This document shows positions 16,350-21,714 of a DNA stretch of 27,365 bases, one piece after another; the first letter of the stretch is position 1, and each line of letters opens with the position of its first letter. The notes under the pieces were generated by a model that had not been told where the DNA came from, made no database searches, and saw nothing but the letters and a program-made list of their open reading frames with translations. The stretch is from positions 1-27,365 of the IMG/VR virus record IMGVR_UViG_3300042549_004128, one strand, 5' to 3'. The position numbers and the translations under genes are program-made. The DNA comes from a virus (Duplodnaviria > Caudoviricetes).

Positions 16350-16592
16350 ATGAGCCAACAGACAGACATGAACGGCATTCCCCTCCCTCCGCCCCCTGCC
16401 CCCTCGCAAGAGTGGGTAGACAAGAAGGCCACCGACTTCCTCGCTTGGGGTCGTGGCTCTTGGGGCCAAGGCCCCTATGACCAAGCCCGTTATGACAACG
16501 GGACGATGCTCCGCATCTGGACCGCCATCGCAGACAAGGCCAAGGCCCACGCCGAGTTCCTGTCTGACAAGACGCCCCACGAAACCAACTAA
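16350..16592 (+). CDS. Hypothetical early protein (80 aa)
   Basis: Bounded by repeat leaders on both sides. Confidence 0.75.
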   Translation: MSQQTDMNGIPLPPPPAPSQEWVDKKATDFLAWGRGSWGQGPYDQARYDNGTMLRIWTAIADKAKAHAEFLSDKTPHETN

Positions 16593-16619
16593 CCCTCACC
16601 CCCAAAATAAAATACGAAC

Positions 16620-17003
16620 ATGACCAAGTCCCCCGAAGCCATCACGAACGAAATCATCGCCATCCACGAAACTGTCTGCGACCTCAAGCGGAAGGCCCAG
16701 ATGCTCGCCACCTCCGACAAGCCCGAAGACAGGACGACCTACTTGGCCCTCAAGGCCGAGTGGGGTGTCTTGGAGAACAAGGTCGTGGACCTCGTCATCG
16801 AGCGTCGCCACGCCTTCCGTCTGGAGGCCATGCAGGAGAAGGCAGACATCAAGCACGACCTCGATGAGGAGATGGAGCCCATGACCCATGACGAGGAGAT
16901 GGACCTCTATGACAGCATCGAGTCTGCGAATCCGTCTGGCCGTGATTTGCCAGACAGGAACGAAGACGGCGAATACCTCAACGGCGGAGGCTACATGCCG
17001 TAA
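16620..17003 (+). CDS. Hypothetical early protein with acidic C-terminus (127 aa)
   Basis: Bounded by repeat leaders; D/E-rich tail. Confidence 0.8.
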   Translation: MTKSPEAITNEIIAIHETVCDLKRKAQMLATSDKPEDRTTYLALKAEWGVLENKVVDLVIERRHAFRLEAMQEKADIKHDLDEEMEPMTHDEEMDLYDSIESANPSGRDLPDRNEDGEYLNGGGYMP

Positions 17004-17039
17004 GACAGACAACTCTCACCCACCCAGAAAAACATACCT

Positions 17040-17399
17040 ATGCCCACCCCCGAAAAAGAAATGTTCCTCATCGGAACCATCATGTCTGTCTGCATGGCAG
17101 ACTTCAAAGCCAAGAACGAGGTCCCCAAGTTGGAAGACAGGCTTCCGCTGGGCGACCTCGCCATCACCGCTAGGGCCCATGAAGCCCTTGGCGACAAGGT
17201 CTGTCTGCATCTGGGCTTCGCTCAGAATGCGACCGTCTGGGGGAACACCCTCGGAGACGAAGACAGACAGACGAACGACATGGCCATGAAGAATGGCGGT
17301 CGCATCCTGTCTGCTTGGACCCTTGACGGAGAAGGTTACTATGTCATCACGGAGCACGACCGTTCCGTCACGACCATCATGCGAAAGGAAGACTACTAA
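17040..17399 (+). CDS. Conserved plasmid/phage small protein ('LG....T...WG....D...N......G.RILSA......ITE.DRS.TT....EDY' family)
   Basis: Recognisable motif pattern; function unknown. Confidence 0.8.
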   Translation: MPTPEKEMFLIGTIMSVCMADFKAKNEVPKLEDRLPLGDLAITARAHEALGDKVCLHLGFAQNATVWGNTLGDEDRQTNDMAMKNGGRILSAWTLDGEGYYVITEHDRSVTTIMRKEDY

Positions 17400-17406
17400 A
17401 AACAAA

Positions 17407-17455
17407 ATCGGGCAACATGCTTGACAGCCTAATAATTGTAGGCATGTTGCTCGAT
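17407..17455 (+). promoter_or_regulatory. Sigma70-like promoter within a hairpin (copy 2)
   Basis: TGCTTGACA-N7-AATTGTAGGCATGTT inside the inverted repeat ATCGGGCAACATGC/GCATGTTGCTCGAT. Confidence 0.7.
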
Positions 17456-17470
17456 ACCACTTTCCCCCCA

Positions 17471-17857
17471 ATGAGCAAAAACCCAGCACAGCGGCCCACG
17501 GCCCTCACTAAAGCGTTCCGTCATCTCCTGCACGACTACATGGTCGAGCGTGATGAAGGCAGGACGCCCTACACCTCCAAGGCGAGCGATGCCTACAAGG
17601 AGGCCCACCGTAAGTTTCAGGAGATGGCTCTGGAGGCCGACCAAGGTGTCGCCTCCGCTGTCGTCGCCTCCGTCTGTCGGACGGTCTATGACGAAATCAA
17701 GGACAAGAAGGGAGACGGCATCGAGGCCATCCAGCGATGGGACTTCGGCATCCTCCGTTCCCTGTCTGTCTTCTACTCGTCCATGAGGATGTCTGGCGAA
17801 GACAACTTCCTGTCTGAGAAACCCCTTCCCCCCAACAACAACCAAGATACCAAATAA
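17471..17857 (+). CDS. Hypothetical protein (128 aa)
   Basis: Start MSKNPAQ downstream of promoter copy 2. Confidence 0.78.
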   Translation: MSKNPAQRPTALTKAFRHLLHDYMVERDEGRTPYTSKASDAYKEAHRKFQEMALEADQGVASAVVASVCRTVYDEIKDKKGDGIEAIQRWDFGILRSLSVFYSSMRMSGEDNFLSEKPLPPNNNQDTK

Positions 17858-17864
17858 TACGAAC

Positions 17865-18356
17865 ATGACGAACAACCAGAACCAGAACGGTGGCTTCGAC
17901 CCGAACGGTCACCACATCGCCATGGAGGCTCAGGAATTCCTGAACTTCCTCGGACACATCACCCAAGCGACCGTCATTGCGGCGGTCACCGCTGGGTCCA
18001 TGTCTGAGGACATCAAGAAGATTGAGGACCTCCTGCAGGACGGCAAGGTGGACGAGGCCCTGAAGGAACTGCAGTTGATGAAGCGTGGCATGGTCCTCAT
18101 CAGCAAGACTGTCTGCAAGGTCGGTTCCGAACTGACCCTGCACGACCAGAAAATCTGCGAGGGCTGTGAGGCCAAGGGCATGTCCGTGGAGTCGGTGACG
18201 GCCACGCACATCGAACGGTTCCAGCAAGACACGAAGGGCTTCATCGATGAGTTCTTCTCTGCGACCCCGCACACCAAGATTGTCAAGCCGCCCGAAGGCA
18301 AGAAGAAGAAGGACGATGACATCGACCCCTTCAGTTCGGGCTCTCGGTTCAACTAA
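17865..18356 (+). CDS. Hypothetical protein (163 aa)
   Basis: Leader AAATAATACGAACATG similar to that of the 16620 gene; consistent codon usage. Confidence 0.8.
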   Translation: MTNNQNQNGGFDPNGHHIAMEAQEFLNFLGHITQATVIAAVTAGSMSEDIKKIEDLLQDGKVDEALKELQLMKRGMVLISKTVCKVGSELTLHDQKICEGCEAKGMSVESVTATHIERFQQDTKGFIDEFFSATPHTKIVKPPEGKKKKDDDIDPFSSGSRFN

Positions 18357-18366
18357 GAACCAGACA

Positions 18367-18438
18367 GGACGAAACAGGCAGACGCAACAGGCATGGTGCG
18401 TCTGTCTGTATCTGGGTGAGGCCCAGACTGACGAGTCC
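18367..18438 (+). ncRNA. Hammerhead ribozyme, type II (HH2), GUA cleavage after 18410
   Basis: GGAC-GAA-ACAGGCAGACGCA-(10 nt)-UGCGUCUGUCUGU-A-UCUGGG-UGAGG-CCCAGA-CUGACGA-GUCC: intact core, one G-U pair in stem III. Confidence 0.95.
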
Positions 18439-18489
18439 CTCGCAGAGACAACTTTCACCCCCAACCAAAAACCAAACAACCAGACAGAC

Positions 18490-18705
18490 ATGAAGCACAA
18501 CAACCGAAACCGTAAAGGCAACAAGCGGGCCGTCATCCTCGTCACGCAGATAGACATGCTCCCTCTCCATGAGGACGGCATGTGGGTCGTGCGGGAGGAG
18601 GTCTACGACAATCAGACAGGCAAGGCCGAGCAGACGGTCGAGCACAAGTTCGTCCACAAGGCGGACGCCCAGAAGTTCATCGACTCGTGGGTCGGCCAAC
18701 TCTAA
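18490..18705 (+). CDS. Hypothetical protein (71 aa)
   Basis: Start MKHNNRN after HH2 and the repeat leader. Confidence 0.75.
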   Translation: MKHNNRNRKGNKRAVILVTQIDMLPLHEDGMWVVREEVYDNQTGKAEQTVEHKFVHKADAQKFIDSWVGQL

Positions 18706-18712
18706 GACAGAC

Positions 18713-19201
18713 ATGGCCATGGAATACAGAGAGCACCTGTTCACAGACAGGCTCAACACGGACGCCATCGTGTCCTTCCACCTGAAGGTCGTGCCCAAGC
18801 CAGACAACAACTTCGGCACAGCGACCTATATCCTGCTTGGTGATGACGGCGAAGACAGGACCTTCATCGACCACTTTGAAGACACAGTCTCCAGACCGAG
18901 CAATGTCTGGTTTGAGCCCATGACGATGGGCGTGGAGGTGAACTCCGTCCGCATCGCCAAGAACTTCCTGTCAGACAGGTTCGGCCACGGGACCGATGAC
19001 TATGCCTGTGGTCCGTGCTATCTGGCAGGACAGGCGTGGGTGTCGTTCCGAGACAGACACGGTCGCCGTCTGGGGCTGTCCTTTGACGAGGTGTCCAAGG
19101 TGGTGGCAGACACGATTCGCTGGCGGTTCCCGCTGGACGAGATGGTCCTGCATTCTGCGGCCATCAGTCGCAACGCATCCCGCATCCACCCCACGCCGTG
19201 A
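18713..19201 (+). CDS. Hypothetical protein (162 aa)
   Basis: Start MAMEYRE 7 nt after the previous stop; last gene of the plus-strand block. Confidence 0.72.
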   Translation: MAMEYREHLFTDRLNTDAIVSFHLKVVPKPDNNFGTATYILLGDDGEDRTFIDHFEDTVSRPSNVWFEPMTMGVEVNSVRIAKNFLSDRFGHGTDDYACGPCYLAGQAWVSFRDRHGRRLGLSFDEVSKVVADTIRWRFPLDEMVLHSAAISRNASRIHPTP

Positions 19202-19202
19202 A

Positions 19203-19219
19203 GCCCCCGCTTTGGGGGT
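19203..19219. terminator. Possible hairpin at the convergence of the early and replication blocks
   Basis: GCCCCC-GCTTT-GGGGGT right after the stop; no clear U-tract. Confidence 0.3.
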
Positions 19220-19307
19220 ATGTCCTTTGGCTGGCCATGCTTGGGGTCGGGGTCGTCTTGGCTGGCCTAGCCATCGCCGCCTGTGCCACGACCTTTCGCT
19301 TCCGTCC

Positions 19308-19874
19308 TTAGGTCCTGCCTTGCCCCTGTAGGCCCTTGAGCCACTCGGGCATAGCAGGACTAGGGTCGCAGGGGTAGCCGTCCCTGCCGACCCACGGAGA
19401 GGGGTCGAACTGTTGGCGGTAAGGCATGACCTGAACGGTGACTCCGTTCATCTCCTGCTTGGTCCAGATTTTCTCCACGACCAGAGACGAGACAACGCAG
19501 TCGTCTGGCAGGATGCCATGCTTGACCATGACATCGAGGACGAGTTTGGCTAGGTTGTCCGTGTCTGGTCGCTGGAGGTGTGGCTGTCCGTCTGCTCGCC
19601 CAGCCTTGGGCTTACGCCCGACCACGACCTCGTAGCCAAAGCGGAACTGCATGCGGACGGTAAGGCCGCCTGTCCCGATGAGGTCTGGCATGACCTGTTT
19701 GCCCCCGACCACAGACAGGGCTCGTTCGCACGCACGCTGCACGCAGCCCAGCCAGAATTTCGCCTTGGTGTCTGCGATGGAGATGACACGCCCTTTGGCG
19801 AAGCGAGGTCGAGGCTGAGGGCGAGGATGTCCGTAGGCTACGATGGTGATGCCATGTCTGGTGTCTGTCGTCAT
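19308..19874 (-). CDS. rusA: RusA-family Holliday junction resolvase
   Basis: 'GHPRPQPRPRF', 'RPDTDNLAKLVLD', 'DDCVVSSLVVEK'; start MTTDTR at 19874. Confidence 0.9.
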   Translation of the reverse strand: MTTDTRHGITIVAYGHPRPQPRPRFAKGRVISIADTKAKFWLGCVQRACERALSVVGGKQVMPDLIGTGGLTVRMQFRFGYEVVVGRKPKAGRADGQPHLQRPDTDNLAKLVLDVMVKHGILPDDCVVSSLVVEKIWTKQEMNGVTVQVMPYRQQFDPSPWVGRDGYPCDPSPAMPEWLKGLQGQGRT

Positions 19875-20002
19875 GTCTCCAAGTTGGCGGCAGACATCCA
19901 GGCGGGTCAAATCGATTCTGTCTGGCCAGGGGACGGGGTTGGCTAATCAGTATGACAGTTGTCTGATGGCTAGACCTGCCTGTTAAGGCATGGGCGTAGC
20001 CC

Positions 20003-20240
20003 TTGAGGACACCATACTATCTTATAGTCCTCGTGTCCTCAAAATTTAGCGTTGATAGTCAACGACTTACGAAAGTGCTTTTCCGTTTTGAGGACGCGGC
20101 TTTGAGGACACGCTAAGTCATTGCAATACAGACACTTACAAATTGGCGTCCTCAAAAAACGCTCTTGAGGACACGATTTTGAGGACGGGCGTCCTCGACC
20201 ACAATTCGTCGGGTTTACACCACATTTCGTCGGGTTTGTC
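20003..20240. repeat. Iteron-like cluster, putative replication origin
   Basis: About nine GAGGAC-core copies (mostly TTGAGGAC) in both orientations within 200 bp, plus a 21-bp tandem pair CCACAWTTCGTCGGGTTT, in a non-coding stretch. Confidence 0.7.
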
Positions 20241-20314
20241 TGGCATGTCTGCAGACAAAACAGCCAGACACGCCTCAGACACGCTGCAAGATTCGTGTTT
20301 GACATTTGCGTAGA

Positions 20315-20351
20315 TAAATTACTAATGTCTCACCGAGACATTAGTAATTTA
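20315..20351. repeat. Perfect 17-bp inverted repeat with a 3-nt loop
   Basis: TAAATTACTAATGTCTC-ACC-GAGACATTAGTAATTTA. Confidence 0.95.
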
Positions 20352-20373
20352 CCCCAATGTGAATGTGGGCCGA

Positions 20374-20526
20374 TTACTTCTTTTCCAACTCAGCGATACG
20401 CCGATACAGTTCAGCGTTCGTCCTGTCATAGGACTCGCACCGCATGCGTAGGTGGGCGATTTCCAGATACGCCTTCGTGAGTTGGTCGAGCGTTTCGTTC
20501 AGGCGGGATTCTTCTTCGGGTGTCAT
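20374..20526 (-). CDS. Small coiled-coil protein (50 aa; not in ORF track)
   Basis: MTPEEESRLNETLDQLTKAYLEIAHLRMRCESYDRTNAELYRRIAELEKK; leader CACCAAC-ATG 7 nt after the upstream stop. Confidence 0.7.
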   Translation of the reverse strand: MTPEEESRLNETLDQLTKAYLEIAHLRMRCESYDRTNAELYRRIAELEKK

Positions 20527-20533
20527 GTTGGTG

Positions 20534-20953
20534 TTAGTTGTGGAGGTGAAAGTTGAGTCTTATTAACGCCCGTTGTTTCACGGGCGGGGCCAGACGAGGA
20601 TTGAAGCCGATGGCCTTGAAGCCAGCGAACCCCATCGAGTAAGACAGATAGACATGCTGCGGGGTCGCAGCAACCCCAGATTCAGACAGACGCTTCATGT
20701 GCCAAGCCAGCAGCCAGCGGGCGATTTCCCGATGCTGGTCGGGCGTGGCCTTCTGTCTATTGATTCGTGTTTGATTATGCGAGGCCCTGAAGTCGTTTGC
20801 TGTCTGCCAAGCCGACTCCCAGACCTGCCACGCTCCGATGGCCCTGCCGCCATCTCCTATGGCTTCGTGTTTGAAGTTGGACTCCGTCCGTGCGACCGCA
20901 TCGACGAAAGGTTCGGACGGCATGGCTACCGCCAGCAGTAAGACAGCCATCAT
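20534..20953 (-). CDS. Lytic transglycosylase / lysozyme-like protein with N-terminal hydrophobic segment
   Basis: 'AVARTES....AIGDGGRAIGAWQV' catalytic Glu motif and 'YLSYSMG'; start overlaps the upstream stop (ATGA). Confidence 0.78.
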   Translation of the reverse strand: MMAVLLLAVAMPSEPFVDAVARTESNFKHEAIGDGGRAIGAWQVWESAWQTANDFRASHNQTRINRQKATPDQHREIARWLLAWHMKRLSESGVAATPQHVYLSYSMGFAGFKAIGFNPRLAPPVKQRALIRLNFHLHN

Positions 20954-21108
20954 GACACGGGCCTCCACTTATTGCGGGCATACAGGGACGCCCACATGTC
21001 TGCCGTCTCCTTGCCGTGGAGCAGGACGACCTTCTTCTCATGGGGCGTCAGCAGTTTGAGGCCAGCCTTCAGGATTTCTGGCCTACGCTTCTTCGTCTTC
21101 TTTGCCAT
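20950..21108 (-). CDS. Small basic protein (52 aa; not in ORF track)
   Basis: MAKKTKKRRPEILKAGLKLLTPHEKKVVLLHGKETADMWASLYARNKWRPVS; fills the gap and its stop overlaps the next start. Confidence 0.6.
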   Translation of the reverse strand: MAKKTKKRRPEILKAGLKLLTPHEKKVVLLHGKETADMWASLYARNKWRPVS

Positions 21109-21307
21109 CGATGTATTTGTCTAGTTGTCTGTCGATATACTCGCAGTTGTTCTTGAGACGCTCAACCTCCAACTTCAGGCAAGCGACTTCGTGTTTGAGT
21201 TTCTTGTTCTCCGCCCCGAGGTCACGCCCGAGGTAGCCGAGTTGCAGGATGCTCTTGGCGAAGCCCTCGATGATGCCATCCCGATAGTCCTGAGGTAGTT
21301 CAGACAT
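21083..21307 (-). CDS. Hypothetical coiled-coil protein (74 aa)
   Basis: Start MSELPQDY overlapping the end of the upstream gene. Confidence 0.7.
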   Translation of the reverse strand: MSELPQDYRDGIIEGFAKSILQLGYLGRDLGAENKKLKHEVACLKLEVERLKNNCEYIDRQLDKYIDGKEDEEA

Positions 21308-21524
21308 GACGCTTGGGTCCCATCTGGGGTTTGGGCACGGGTGCGTTGTGCTTCTTGACCCATCGATACAGGCGATTGCGTCCGATTTTCTCACGGTCTT
21401 CGACCGCCCGAATCGAGCCAATCCGCAGGGCCGACTCGTAGAGAGCCCGCATCCATGAGTATTGGAGGTCGGGGGCCAAAGCCTCGAAAGCCTTGGACTG
21501 TCTGGTTTTTTTATTCTTGTTCAT
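21300..21524 (-). CDS. Small basic, possibly HTH DNA-binding protein (74 aa)
   Basis: Start MNKNKK; 'GSIRAVEDREKIGRNRLYRWVKKH' is HTH-like. Confidence 0.6.
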   Translation of the reverse strand: MNKNKKTRQSKAFEALAPDLQYSWMRALYESALRIGSIRAVEDREKIGRNRLYRWVKKHNAPVPKPQMGPKRHV

Positions 21525-21714
21525 TTTGTATGTCGAAGGTGTTGTTCTGGAGGATTGCGAATTGGTCAGTCCGCATGTGTCTGATGACGCCGTCCTTTTC
21601 CATGACCACGGCGAAGATGTCATTGCTCCAAGTGCCGCCGTCACGGACATACATCAGCCAGCCATAGCCGATGTCTGTCTTGACGGGGATGGGGTTTCGG
21701 AACTCGTGAATCAT
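21511..21714 (-). CDS. Conserved phage hypothetical protein (67 aa)
   Basis: MIHEFRNPIPVKTDIGYGWLMYVRDGGTWSND...; ATGA overlap with the primase-helicase stop. Confidence 0.75.
   Translation of the reverse strand: MIHEFRNPIPVKTDIGYGWLMYVRDGGTWSNDIFAVVMEKDGVIRHMRTDQFAILQNNTFDIQNEQE

Larger units (their letters stand above)
15236..17030 (+). repeat. Dispersed intergenic repeat AACYYTCACCC(A/C)CCCAGACA before small genes
   Basis: Copies near 15236, 15465, 15869, 16323, 16591 and 17011; weaker copies at 13625 and 18450. Confidence 0.85.

Noticed and set aside
15236-17030. Intergenic repeats as a CRISPR array or integron attC sites
   Set aside because: The repeats are short, non-palindromic and separated by whole genes; no integrase in the window.
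20039-20305. 88-aa ORF across the iteron region
   Set aside because: Translation of DNA repeats with atypical codon usage; treated as non-coding.
20315-20351. Protelomerase telRL site
   Set aside because: It has a 3-nt central loop rather than a continuous palindrome, and no protelomerase is visible in the window.
21581-21616. Third hammerhead-like string CTGATGA-C-GCCGT...ACGGC-GAAG
   Set aside because: GAAG instead of GAAA, an extra base after the core, no stems I and III, and antisense within a CDS.
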